A stretch of 64,000 nucleotides of DNA from an uncultured delta proteobacterium (GTDB lineage Bacteria > Desulfobacterota > Binatia > UBA9968), in NCBI GenBank assembly GCA_963737905.1, contig CAVTUQ010000039.1, positions 64,001 to 128,000 on the forward strand. Reading direction: 5' to 3'. The notes under the pieces were generated by a model. The model saw only the letters and a program-made list of their open reading frames with translations, ran no database searches and was not told the origin of the DNA. Position 1 is the first letter of the stretch; each line of letters starts with the position of its first letter. The position numbers and the translations under genes are program-made. Positions 10,641 through 20,750 of the stretch are shown here, piece after piece.

Positions 10641-12140
10641 ATGAGCGCATCCATCGCTGTTTTTAACGTTCTGGAAACCACCATTGACGACATTCATGCC
10701 GCCTACAAATCCGGCGAACTCACCGCACGCAGCTTGGTGCAGACGTATCTCGATCGGATCGATGCGTATAACATGCGGGGCCCCGCCATCAACGCGATCA
10801 TCACCCTAAATTCCGAGGCTCTTCAGGAGGCGGATCGCCTTGATAGGGCATTCAAGGCCACCGGTTTTGTCGGTCCGCTGCACGGGATTCCGATTATCAT
10901 CAAGGATCAGGCCGATGCCAAAGGCATGCCGACGACCCTCGGGTCGGTTTTGTTCAAAAACTATTATCCGGATCGAGACGCCTTTGTCGTTGAAAAGCTA
11001 AAAAAAGCCGGCGCCATCATTTTGGCGAAAGCCACCCTGGGTGAGCTCGGCGGCGGCGACACCCATGGCTCCTTGTTCGGCTCAACCCGAAATCCTTACG
11101 ATCCCGAGCGAACCGCCGGAGGCTCCTCCGGCGGTTCCGGGGCAAGCGTCGCAGCAAACTTCTGCACGGTGGCAGTCGGCCAAGAAGGCTTTGCGTCGAT
11201 CCGGCGCCCTGCGACCTGGAACTCGATCGCCGGAATGCGGCCCACGGCCGGGCTTGTGAGTCGCAGCGGAGTCTATGCGGGATGGCCGTCCATCGCCGGA
11301 TCCTTGGGCCCCATGGCACGCACGGTCAAAGACCTGGCCACTCTTTTGGACGTCATGATCGGTTACGATTCGGAGGATCCTCTTACAGCAAGAGGCGTCG
11401 GTCATATCCCCGACAGCTTTACACAGTTGCTCGACAAAAACGGCATGAAAGGAGCACGCATCGGTATCCTGCGCGAGTCGATGGGCTACGACGCAGAGCC
11501 AGGCTCCGAAGACTTCGGTAGAGTCACGGAAGTATTCGACAAAGCCATCGCGGATCTCAAAGCCGCTGGCGCCGAGATCGTCGATCCTATCGTCATTCCA
11601 AAGCTCAAAGTGTTGCTCGCCAAACGCGCGGGAAGCTTCACCGATGAAGAAGAGTCGTTCACAAATTATCTAAGCAGAAGCGCGAAACCCCCATACAGCT
11701 CTCGCGAGGAAGCGAAGAGTTCACCGGATTTTGCCAAAGTCACCAAGCGTTCAAGGGAGCGATGGACAAGAGCCACGGCGGCGACTGCGCATTATGAGTA
11801 TCTCTTGGCACGAGAAGAATTGATGACTTATTTCCTCAAGGTCATGGCCGATTACAAGCTGGACGCCATCGTGCATAAAGCTGTGGAACATCAACCCACC
11901 TTCATCAAAGACGGAGTCAATCCGCCTTTTGTTGACCAAAAAGGCGCGCCGCATATCAACACGTTTCTCGTCTTCGTCCCTTCCATCGTCGTTCCCGCGG
12001 GATTCACCAGCGACAACCTGCCCGCCGGAATCACTTTTCTAGGCCGCCCCTACGATGATGGCAATATGATCAAATTCGCCTACGCCTACGAGCAGGCAAC
12101 CCACCATCGCCACCCACCGGCAAGCACAACCCCGTTATAG
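10641..12140 (+). CDS. Amidase-signature family amidase
   Basis: GPLHGIPIIIKD, GGSSGGS, SIRRPA, GPMARTVKD; ATG 10641 with AAGGAG. Confidence 0.92.
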   Translation: MSASIAVFNVLETTIDDIHAAYKSGELTARSLVQTYLDRIDAYNMRGPAINAIITLNSEALQEADRLDRAFKATGFVGPLHGIPIIIKDQADAKGMPTTLGSVLFKNYYPDRDAFVVEKLKKAGAIILAKATLGELGGGDTHGSLFGSTRNPYDPERTAGGSSGGSGASVAANFCTVAVGQEGFASIRRPATWNSIAGMRPTAGLVSRSGVYAGWPSIAGSLGPMARTVKDLATLLDVMIGYDSEDPLTARGVGHIPDSFTQLLDKNGMKGARIGILRESMGYDAEPGSEDFGRVTEVFDKAIADLKAAGAEIVDPIVIPKLKVLLAKRAGSFTDEEESFTNYLSRSAKPPYSSREEAKSSPDFAKVTKRSRERWTRATAATAHYEYLLAREELMTYFLKVMADYKLDAIVHKAVEHQPTFIKDGVNPPFVDQKGAPHINTFLVFVPSIVVPAGFTSDNLPAGITFLGRPYDDGNMIKFAYAYEQATHHRHPPASTTPL

Positions 12141-12293
12141 CGGCATCATTATTGACGAAGCACGGACCTGATACCCCCCGGAGCCCGGTAGGCTCTGTGT
12201 TGGAAACCGCGGCAATTTTAGGAGCTGAACCAGTTCTTGTAGTGTTTCCCATCTTAATTAGATATAGTGCTTGTGTTTGGATAGGGCCTCCAC

Positions 12294-12602
12294 ATGAAGC
12301 TTACCCTAAGCGTTTTCCTCGCCATCGCGCTCCTTGTCACCGGCGTGCCGCAGGCCTCTTGTACCGAAAACAGCCCCAAGATTGCGGCCTACGCTGGAAT
12401 TGCGAACAGATCGATGTTTCAGGAAACCCCGGACAATTATATTGATGATCGGATTTTCGTATCTTTTTCATTAGCTTCTGCAGCGCGTTTAACTGATCCT
12501 TTCCCCATCGCCGCCTTTTTTAACTGGCAAGCCTGGGAAGAAAAAACCCTAATCAAAAAATATTTCAAAATCTACAAACTTACCTCCGCCTATCTTATTT
12601 AG
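12294..12602 (+). CDS. Hypothetical exported protein, 102 aa
   Basis: N-terminal signal peptide MKLTLSVFLAIALLVTGVPQA; basic/aromatic C-terminus KKYFKIYKLTSAYLI. Confidence 0.55.
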   Translation: MKLTLSVFLAIALLVTGVPQASCTENSPKIAAYAGIANRSMFQETPDNYIDDRIFVSFSLASAARLTDPFPIAAFFNWQAWEEKTLIKKYFKIYKLTSAYLI

Positions 12603-12739
12603 AATCCGCTTTCGCTTCACTGGGTATTTTTATCCGCCCGGCACGAAGCCGAACGCCAAGATTCAGACTCGCATACGGCTTCGCTCACTAGGGCCGGTTC
12701 GATATTCAAACGGCCTGTGCTTTTACCAGGAGACTAAAA

Positions 12740-12844
12740 ATGGAAGATTTTCCAATTTGGCTAAAAATTACTATCTATGCCACCATCGGCTTGACGGTTT
12801 TATATACTGCGTGGGGCATCATTCATTCGATGTTGCAGTCCTGA
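12740..12844 (+). CDS. 34-aa single-TM small protein (not in ORF track)
   Basis: AGGAG RBS then MEDFPIWLKITIYATIGLTVLYTAWGIIHSMLQS*. Confidence 0.65.
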   Translation: MEDFPIWLKITIYATIGLTVLYTAWGIIHSMLQS

Positions 12845-12924
12845 TTCCAACCCTATACGTAGGCGATCCCGGCGGGAGTCAGCAGCGAATCTCCCGCCGG
12901 GAGCAAATTCATGCCGAGGAACGG

Positions 12925-13251
12925 ATGAAATTCTATCGATTGTATAGCGGCGACGACGGACAATCCCATTTCGAACAGCTTGATTCAAGCCAATCATCCG
13001 AATTCTTCAACGCCACGCGCCCCGCCAAGGGACTCCTCTTTAGAAACGATTTCGCTCCGCATATCGTCAATTGGCATCGGGCCCCATGGCGCCGCTGGGT
13101 GATTACAATATCCGGGAGTGTCGATATCGGCCTCGGCGACGGCTCTCGTATGACTTTTGCTCCCGGCGACGTATTTCTTGCCGAAGACACTACCGGCCAG
13201 GGCCACACGGCAACACCTCGCGATTGGGTCAGAGCCTACGTGGACGTTTGA
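12925..13251 (+). CDS. Small cupin-fold protein
   Basis: MKFYRLYSGDDGQSHFE, WHRAP, PGDVFLAEDTTGQGH; ATG 12925 with GAGGA. Confidence 0.8.
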   Translation: MKFYRLYSGDDGQSHFEQLDSSQSSEFFNATRPAKGLLFRNDFAPHIVNWHRAPWRRWVITISGSVDIGLGDGSRMTFAPGDVFLAEDTTGQGHTATPRDWVRAYVDV

Positions 13252-13349
13252 TAGTCCGTGTCCGCGGCTAACTCGTTCAGCCTTTGGCTCGTCCTTTGAC
13301 TTTACAAAACTCACAGTGTTAGTTTCCCCTTGTTTCTGAGGAAAAAGCA

Positions 13350-14357
13350 ATGGGCAGAAAATGCTTGATGATCGTTTTTGCCTTGGCGACGCTGGTCGCT
13401 TTGGGCAAATTAGGTTTCGCGCAAGACAAAATTCTTATCTCCTATGGGGGATTCAACGAGACCGCTGGACCCTTGTGGGTCGGGACGGAAAAAGGCTTTT
13501 TTAAAAAATACGGTTTGGACGTCAGTGCGATTCAAGTCCGCAACGGCCAAGTCAGTTTATCCGCATTGATGTCGGGAGATGTCCAGGCTTTTTGGCCCGC
13601 CATTTCCTCGGTCTTGAGCGGCGTCTCCGGGGGAGCGAAAATCGGCTGCGTCGCGTCGCCTTTCAATAGGATAGCGCGAGAGCTCATCGTGCGGAAGGAG
13701 ATCGATTCTCTCGCGGCCCTCCGGGAAAAGGTCTTCGGGGTGCAGAGCATCGGTGGAGGATTCTGGCTGCAGACGATGATCGTTTTGGACCGGCTGGGTG
13801 TAGACCCCGAGAAGAACAAGCTGCAGATGCGAGTGATCGGCGATGAACCGACGATTCTTCAGGCCCTTCTCGCATCGAACATTGACGCTGCGGTGATCAC
13901 CTTCGCCTCCGCAGCGGTTGCAAAAAGGGCCGGCCTTCGTTCGCTGGCAAACACGGCGAATCTCAAGGTTCCTTACCAAGGAGTCGGCATTTGCACGCGC
14001 AGCGATCGGGTTGTCAATTCTCCGGACGTCATCCTGCGTCTGGCAAAAGGAATGATCGAAACGGTGGCCTTCAGTCAAGACCCGCGCAATAAGCGCGAAG
14101 TCATGGCGGTACTCAAGAAAAACCTTCGCTTGAGCTCTGACGCGGACGCCGAGAAATCATACGATTCGCTCCGTATGGTGTCGACTCTCGACGTCGCACC
14201 CGACCCGGAGGCATGGAAGAATATTCAAAGGCTCGTCTCCCGGGTGACTCCGAAGGTCGCGCAGCTAGATGTCAATCAGATTATTAATGTTGGCTTCGTG
14301 AAGACACTTGAAGAAAACGGCTTCTTGCCTGAGACGAGAAAGAAGCTGGGACAATGA
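13350..14357 (+). CDS. NitT/TauT-family substrate-binding protein
   Basis: Signal peptide, LWVGTEKGFFKKYGLDV, ALMSGDV, LEENGFL. Confidence 0.87.
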   Translation: MGRKCLMIVFALATLVALGKLGFAQDKILISYGGFNETAGPLWVGTEKGFFKKYGLDVSAIQVRNGQVSLSALMSGDVQAFWPAISSVLSGVSGGAKIGCVASPFNRIARELIVRKEIDSLAALREKVFGVQSIGGGFWLQTMIVLDRLGVDPEKNKLQMRVIGDEPTILQALLASNIDAAVITFASAAVAKRAGLRSLANTANLKVPYQGVGICTRSDRVVNSPDVILRLAKGMIETVAFSQDPRNKREVMAVLKKNLRLSSDADAEKSYDSLRMVSTLDVAPDPEAWKNIQRLVSRVTPKVAQLDVNQIINVGFVKTLEENGFLPETRKKLGQ

Positions 14358-14415
14358 AACTAAAGAAACGGAGTGTGAGCGAATCCCCAACGACTCATTG
14401 AATGGAGGACGGACT

Positions 14416-16134
14416 ATGCACGGCGGTAAAGCGATGGTTAAGATTTTTGAGCGGGCGGGCGTTGACTACATCTTCTCCTCCCCGGGAACCGAGTGGCCGC
14501 CGGTGTGGGAAGCGTTCGCCGAGTTCCAGGAGCAGGGGATCAATCGGCCACGGTATATTAATTGCCGCCATGAGGCGACGGCGGTCGCCATGGCTTCGGG
14601 CTACACAAAAATAGTCGGCAAACCACAGGCGGTCTTACTCCATGCCACCGCAGGACCCCTGAACGCGGCGATGTTCTTGCGCGCCGCCTATCAGGAGCGG
14701 GTGCCCATGGTAATCTGTTGCGGCGAAACCTCCGCCTTCGGCGAGGACGCCCGACTACCCGACCCCGGCAATCAGTGGATTCATGACCTCACGGACATCG
14801 GTGGCCCGGCGGAATTGCTCCGCCGTTGCGTCAAGTGGTGTGATCGCGTTACTTCTCCGACGATCCTGGTCCAGAGTATTGAGAGGGCGATGCAAATCGC
14901 CGTGGAACCACCCGCGGGGCCGGTGCTGCTGGGCGTGCCCTTTGAGTGCATGCTGGATGAAGTCTCCTTGCCCGAAGACTGCAGAGCGAACCGGGTCGTG
15001 CGCACGTTCGCGATCGACGATCAGGCTATCCAAGAAGCCGTGGAGATGCTCCTGCGCTCGGAGCGGCCGGTTCTCGTGACGGAGCACGTTGGACGGGACT
15101 CCTCCGTCGTGGGCCCCCTCGTCGAGCTTTGCGAATCGTTAGGCATTCCAGTGATGGAATCCTTCCGGCCGGCATTTTTGAATTTTCCTCGAACTCACGC
15201 TCTATATTTACCCTACGATGCTCGTCGCGTGGAATCCGCCGATTTGGTGTTGGTTGCCGACGCTGTGAGTCCCTGGTACCCCGCAAACAAGACACCGAAA
15301 CCCGGCACCAAAGTGGTTTTTTTAGGCGACGAATATCCGTACTCGCGGCTTCCCTTCTGGGGCTACAAGGTCGACTTGGCGCTAGTGGCTCCGCCCGCCG
15401 TAACTTTGGCGCGACTGATCGAGAGGCTCAAGGCATCGGAAGGGTTCGTCGCAAGCAAAGCTAAGTATCAGGAACGATTCCAACAGATCGGAGAAGAACA
15501 TGATAAGCAGGTGGCGTTTCTTCAGCGCGAAGCCATCGAGCACAGCAGCGATATCCCCGTGGATCCCCGTTGGCTGTGCCAGGCGCTCAACGAATCGATT
15601 CCCTCCGACGCAGTGATCGTGGAAGAAACGACAGTGCATCGGACGCTGATTCAGAACATGATCCCCCGCACTCAACCGATGTCGTACATCGCCCGTGTGA
15701 CCGGAGGGTTGGGGGTAAGCCTGGGTTACGCGCTGGGCGTGAAACTCGCCCAAAAAGAACAACCGGTCTTCGTGCTCATCGGCGACGGCGGCTTTCACTA
15801 CAATCCCGTGCCATCGTGTTTAGGGTTGTCTCAGGAATATGATCTACCGATCACTGTGGTTGTCTTCAATAACCAGCGGTATCTCTCCATGGAACGAGGC
15901 CTGCTCAAGTATTATCCGGATGGGGCCGCCAAAAAAACCGGAGTTCACTTTGGCGGCCCCATCATGCCTAATCCCGACTACCGTCTGTACGCGGACATCT
16001 ATGGAGGCTATGGGGTAAGAGTAAAAGATCCTAAAGAAATTCAACCGTCAGTTGATCGAGCCTTGAGACATAATATGTCAGGACGGTTAGCCGTAATCGA
16101 CGTGGTTTTGAGCGATTACTTGCCGAGACAGTGA
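14416..16134 (+). CDS. ThDP-dependent enzyme (benzoylformate decarboxylase/acetolactate synthase-like)
   Basis: SPGTEW, RHEATAVAMASGY, GDGGF...NN ThDP motif; ATG 14416 with GGAGG. Confidence 0.88.
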   Translation: MHGGKAMVKIFERAGVDYIFSSPGTEWPPVWEAFAEFQEQGINRPRYINCRHEATAVAMASGYTKIVGKPQAVLLHATAGPLNAAMFLRAAYQERVPMVICCGETSAFGEDARLPDPGNQWIHDLTDIGGPAELLRRCVKWCDRVTSPTILVQSIERAMQIAVEPPAGPVLLGVPFECMLDEVSLPEDCRANRVVRTFAIDDQAIQEAVEMLLRSERPVLVTEHVGRDSSVVGPLVELCESLGIPVMESFRPAFLNFPRTHALYLPYDARRVESADLVLVADAVSPWYPANKTPKPGTKVVFLGDEYPYSRLPFWGYKVDLALVAPPAVTLARLIERLKASEGFVASKAKYQERFQQIGEEHDKQVAFLQREAIEHSSDIPVDPRWLCQALNESIPSDAVIVEETTVHRTLIQNMIPRTQPMSYIARVTGGLGVSLGYALGVKLAQKEQPVFVLIGDGGFHYNPVPSCLGLSQEYDLPITVVVFNNQRYLSMERGLLKYYPDGAAKKTGVHFGGPIMPNPDYRLYADIYGGYGVRVKDPKEIQPSVDRALRHNMSGRLAVIDVVLSDYLPRQ

Positions 16135-16346
16135 TGACTCTACACAAGAGGGTGTATTATCGACTTCCAGGAGTAGAGTTCCGCCCCGGTGAGCATTATG
16201 TGAACTGCACAAGAAGCGGCTGATGGCGGCGACGACGTACGCCGACATTGCATTAGATTCGCTGCTCCGATAGTTTGACAATCTTACGCCTGTTATCCCC
16301 TCCTTGGGATTTTCCGGCTGCAACAAGCTCAGTTTCAAGGTCTAAA

Positions 16347-17621
16347 GTGCTCGATTCACTCCGTGGACGACTGTCCAATCTCTTTTACGGCTGGCGGATG
16401 ATTGCCGTGGGTTCGACCCTCCGGATCCTAGGAGGCGGCCTCTATTTCTATGGCTTCTCAGTATTCTTTTTACCTCTGAGCCAGGATTTGGGCTTGAGCC
16501 GAGCGGCCACCTCGCTGGTCTTTTCACTAGCGCGCGCACAAGGAGCATTCGAGGGTCCCGTTGCCGGCTATTTTATGGACCGCTTCGGTCCCCGTCCGCT
16601 GATGATCCTGGCAATCACGATGACCAGCGTCGGGCACATGCTGCTCTCTAGCGTCCACAGTTATTTTACTCTCCTCGTGGTCTATATGGGCGTGGTCTCG
16701 CTCTCGTTCCATGCCGGTTTTATGGATGCCCCTATGCTAATCGCCAACACCTGGTTTATACGAAAGCGAACTATGGCGATGGCTCTGGTCAGCGGATCCA
16801 TCGGCATTGGAGGGTTTATCTTTACCCCCTTGCTGTCCGCAGCCGTGCACGCTTGGGGATGGCGGCAAGCTGCGTTCGGATGCGGGGTTGTTTTCCTATT
16901 GATCGGTCTGCCCTTGGCACTCTTTGTCAGGCGCTCGCCGGAAAGCATGGGACTTCGCCCGGACGGCGACCCACCCATGGCGTCGCAAACGCAGTACCTC
17001 AATAAAACCCACGTCGTTGCCCATCAGGAAGTTAATTTTGCTCTCTCCGCCGCCTTGCGCACGTCGTCGTTCTGGCTCCTCACCGCCGCCACCGGGATTC
17101 GCATCGCGATTCTCAGTGCCATCAATGTGCACTACGTTCCGATCATGGTTTGGAAAGGATTTAGCGAACCACGCGCGGCGTTTTTTCTCGCCGCCCAGGC
17201 CTTCATGAGTTTGCCGTCCCATCTGTTATTCGGGTGGATAGCGGACCGGGTCAACAAGCCGCGGCTGATGGCCGCTTGTATGCTAACGGCCATGTGCGCT
17301 GTGCTTGTGCTTATATACGTCGATTCACAATGGGGCATCCTGTCGTTCATTGCGCTTTTTAGCGTGGTGGAATCCACATTTCCGGTATACTGGTCCACCG
17401 TAGGCGATTTTTTCGGGCGACAGAACTTTGCCAAGATTCGCGGTTCCATGAGCTTCATACAGACGTGGGGTGCTGTCCTCGGGCCGGTCATCGCCGGAGC
17501 GATTTACGACACCACCCACAGTTATGAATTCCTGCTCTGGTCAGCCATCGGACTCCTGTTGGTGGCGAGCTGCCTTTACGCCATGGTAGTCAAACCGGCA
17601 ATAGCGTCAACAACGCATTGA
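16347..17621 (+). CDS. MFS transporter (OFA/MCT-like)
   Basis: About 12 hydrophobic segments; FYGW, GYFMDRFGPR, GWIADR motifs. Start uncertain (GTG 16347 or 16275). Confidence 0.9.
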   Translation: MLDSLRGRLSNLFYGWRMIAVGSTLRILGGGLYFYGFSVFFLPLSQDLGLSRAATSLVFSLARAQGAFEGPVAGYFMDRFGPRPLMILAITMTSVGHMLLSSVHSYFTLLVVYMGVVSLSFHAGFMDAPMLIANTWFIRKRTMAMALVSGSIGIGGFIFTPLLSAAVHAWGWRQAAFGCGVVFLLIGLPLALFVRRSPESMGLRPDGDPPMASQTQYLNKTHVVAHQEVNFALSAALRTSSFWLLTAATGIRIAILSAINVHYVPIMVWKGFSEPRAAFFLAAQAFMSLPSHLLFGWIADRVNKPRLMAACMLTAMCAVLVLIYVDSQWGILSFIALFSVVESTFPVYWSTVGDFFGRQNFAKIRGSMSFIQTWGAVLGPVIAGAIYDTTHSYEFLLWSAIGLLLVASCLYAMVVKPAIASTTH

Positions 17622-17697
17622 CCAAGTATTCTCTTCGTGGACGTGCGACGGATTCCGTAACCATTACCGGATATCACCGAAATCCGGGCAAATCTCG

Positions 17698-18630
17698 CTA
17701 AAGTCGCCACAGATCACGAAAGCAGATTGCCACCACCTGCTCATAAGGCACCGGGCCGGCGAGATGACCGATGGATTGAGCGAATCGGTTGAGCCCAGCG
17801 ACGGCCTCTTCATAAATGACAGGATCGTAAAAAGTTAAGTCTCGTTGAACGATCGTCGTAATCAGCTCGGCCGCCTCCAGGGGGAACTTGCGCCGCCCCA
17901 CCTCGGCGGCCAGGGTCGGATCTCCGCGCAGGGCTTTTTGTGTTTTTACAATGGCCCTGACCGCAGCAGCGACACTTTCCGCATCACGCTCAATTTGCAC
18001 TTCGGTTGTAGCCAGCCCGGCAAACGTGAAACGGCGGACATCGGCGGGATCATCGCCGCGCCGGACGTCGACGAGGATTTTTCCTACTCCCCGCCGAACC
18101 GCAGTTTCGCCACCCATAGCGTTCGCCCAAAAACCATCGATCTGCCCTTCCTCCAGGGCACGGGCAGCGAATACCCCGAAGGACACATCCCGTCCCTTGG
18201 CCCCCGGCAACTCCACGATCTGAAGATCCCTGTCCGGATCGATCTTTGCGTCGATGAGCATCTGGCGCAGAGCCAGGTCCGGCCCCTCTGCTGCCGTCAG
18301 ACGCAGCCCCTTGACTGCGCTCAGGTCGCCCCGCTGCGCGGCTAGATCAGCTCGGACGACGAGCAACCAAGGGGTCCCCTGCGAGAGTGCGACGACGAGT
18401 TTCGCCCCTTCCCATCGGGGGAATTCCGTCAGGATATCGTGTACCGAGCCGGCGATCATGGCATCCACCGCCCCATTTCGCAGCGCCTTGGTTGCCCCAA
18501 GCATAGGCACCAGCTCGATGTGTGCCTTCAACCCCTCCGCCTTGTAAAAACCCAGCACCTCCGCCGCCAGCGCTGGAAAACAGGTGTTGCTGACGAGATC
18601 TACCGCTGCGATGCGCATCTGCACAGCCAT
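17698..18630 (-). CDS. NitT/TauT-fold binding protein lacking a signal peptide
   Basis: AAEVLGFYKAEGL, ALRNGAVDA, ALEEGQIDG; begins directly with MRIAAVDLVSNTCFP. Confidence 0.8.
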   Translation of the reverse strand: MAVQMRIAAVDLVSNTCFPALAAEVLGFYKAEGLKAHIELVPMLGATKALRNGAVDAMIAGSVHDILTEFPRWEGAKLVVALSQGTPWLLVVRADLAAQRGDLSAVKGLRLTAAEGPDLALRQMLIDAKIDPDRDLQIVELPGAKGRDVSFGVFAARALEEGQIDGFWANAMGGETAVRRGVGKILVDVRRGDDPADVRRFTFAGLATTEVQIERDAESVAAAVRAIVKTQKALRGDPTLAAEVGRRKFPLEAAELITTIVQRDLTFYDPVIYEEAVAGLNRFAQSIGHLAGPVPYEQVVAICFRDLWRL

Positions 18631-18704
18631 TCTCCTAAACAACCAAGGGAATAAGCCGAAAGTTAAAACCTGGATCTGACTCCCAACATGTGCCGCATTT
18701 GCCT

Positions 18705-20633
18705 TTATAGTTCATCATTGCCACCGACACCTTTCGCGAGACTTTCCAAAGTTTGCCATCGTGAGTAGCATGCCTCGAGTTCGTCTTTTACCGCTTCCAG
18801 GCGTTCCATGGCCGCGGTGATCTTGTCGCCCGGCTGGCGATAAAAATCTCCATCGCCCATGAGCCTGTGTAACTCCGACTGTTCCGCTTCCAAGGCTTCG
18901 ATTTTTGCCGGCAGTCCTTCCAGCTCCCGCTGTTCTTTGTATGAAGGTCGACGATTCCTATTGTTCCTTTTCTCCGCTACGGCGCCGGCAATGGCCCGCG
19001 GCACGCTGGCATGTTTTGGCATTTCTTTCAGGGGCGCAGCCGGTCGCTGTCGCTTCCAATCCTCGTATCCACCGGCATATTCTCCCACCTTACCTTTTTC
19101 CTCAAAAACCAAGGTGCTGGTCACAACGTTATCGAGAAAGGTCCGGTCATGGCTCACCAGCAGCAGCGTCCCTTGGTAATCTGCCAGCAGCTCTTCTAAC
19201 AGTTCGAGTGTTTCTACATCCAGATCGTTGGTCGGCTCGTCCAGCACCAGCATGTTCGCCGATTGCGTAAAAATCTTTGCTAGCAACAAGCGATTACGCT
19301 CGCCGCCGGACAACGCCTGCACCGGCGAGTCGATGCGCTGGGGCGGAAAGAGAAAGTCTTTCAGGTAGCCTATAACATGGCGGGACCGCCCCTGCACGGT
19401 GACATAGTCGGAGCCATCGGTCATGTTCTCGCGTACCGTCTTCTCGGGATTTAATTCGCGACGGTGCTGGTCGAAGTAGGCCAGCTTCAGGCGGGTTCCC
19501 ATGGCGATCTCCCCGCTGGTGGGTGCTATTTCGCCCACGATCAGCTTGAGGAGTGTGCTTTTGCCGCAACCGTTGGGGCCGATAATCCCTATCCGATCGC
19601 CGCGCAGGACCGTCGTCGATAGGTCGTGAATAATAACACGATCGCCATAAAGGAACCTGACTCGGCGCAAGTCGGCCACCAATTTACCGGATATTGCACC
19701 GGCGTCAAGGCCGAAGCGGACTGTGCCCTGAAATTCAAGGCGCTGGCTCCGCTCCCGGCGCATGGCCTGAAGGACTCTTACTCGCCCTTCGTTGCGTGTG
19801 CGCCGCGCCTTGATGCCCTGGCGAATCCACGCTTCTTCTTCCGCTAGCTTCCGATCGAAGTTAGCCGCCGCTCGGGCCTCGATCTCCAGCAGTTCCTCTT
19901 TTTTACTCAAGTAAGCCTCATAGTCTCCGGGAAAAGAATTTAACTTTCCTCGATCCAGTTCAACGATACGGGTGGCCAAATGTTTCAGCAGCATGCGATC
20001 GTGGGTGATAAAGATCAACGCACCGTGGTAATCGAGTAAAAAATCTTCCAGCCACGTAATCGCAGTGATGTCGAGATGGTTGGTCGGCTCGTCCAACAGC
20101 AACAGATCGGGTTCGCTTACCAATGCCCGCGCCAGCATGGCCTGTCTTCGAATTCCGCCGGAACAGCTGGCAAGACGCTGGTCCGCAGGCAACCTCAACC
20201 GGGTCAAGACCATCTCCACCTTCTGCCCGATGTTCCAGCCACCCAAAGCATCGATGCGCGCTTGCAACAGCGCCAGCCGCTGTAGTGACGTTCCCTCCCC
20301 CGCGCCGCCCACCTCGTCGGTCAACTGGTGATACTCCGTCAGCAACACGCCCAGTTCGCCCAGTCCTGCGGCCACCACTTCATAAATCGTCTCTTCCGTA
20401 TCCGGCGGCACCTCTTGCTCGAGATGCGCCACGCGCAGCGTATCCTCTCGCCAGATATCGCCTTCGTCCGGTGACGCCATCCCGGTAATCACCCGCAACA
20501 ATGTCGTCTTGCCGGCGCCGTTGCGACCGAGGAGACACACCCGCTCGCCCCGCTCGACTTGAAAATCAACATGGGCAAGCAACGGCAAATGGCCATAGGC
20601 CAGAGATATGTTATCGAGACGAAGGAGAGGCAT
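18705..20633 (-). CDS. uup: ABC-F ATPase Uup
   Basis: Two ABC domains (GRNGAGKT, GPNGCGKS), WIRQGIKARRTRNEGR linker, C-terminal coiled coil SYKEQRELEGLP. Confidence 0.93.
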   Translation of the reverse strand: MPLLRLDNISLAYGHLPLLAHVDFQVERGERVCLLGRNGAGKTTLLRVITGMASPDEGDIWREDTLRVAHLEQEVPPDTEETIYEVVAAGLGELGVLLTEYHQLTDEVGGAGEGTSLQRLALLQARIDALGGWNIGQKVEMVLTRLRLPADQRLASCSGGIRRQAMLARALVSEPDLLLLDEPTNHLDITAITWLEDFLLDYHGALIFITHDRMLLKHLATRIVELDRGKLNSFPGDYEAYLSKKEELLEIEARAAANFDRKLAEEEAWIRQGIKARRTRNEGRVRVLQAMRRERSQRLEFQGTVRFGLDAGAISGKLVADLRRVRFLYGDRVIIHDLSTTVLRGDRIGIIGPNGCGKSTLLKLIVGEIAPTSGEIAMGTRLKLAYFDQHRRELNPEKTVRENMTDGSDYVTVQGRSRHVIGYLKDFLFPPQRIDSPVQALSGGERNRLLLAKIFTQSANMLVLDEPTNDLDVETLELLEELLADYQGTLLLVSHDRTFLDNVVTSTLVFEEKGKVGEYAGGYEDWKRQRPAAPLKEMPKHASVPRAIAGAVAEKRNNRNRRPSYKEQRELEGLPAKIEALEAEQSELHRLMGDGDFYRQPGDKITAAMERLEAVKDELEACYSRWQTLESLAKGVGGNDEL

Positions 20634-20750
20634 GAATAACTATGTACCGCAGGGATCGAGAATCGAGTGCCCTTTCCGGTTTCGAGTTTCAGGTTGAACC
20701 GAGAACCCAGGTGGGCTTATGAAACCTACTAACGCGTGACTCGACGGCCG

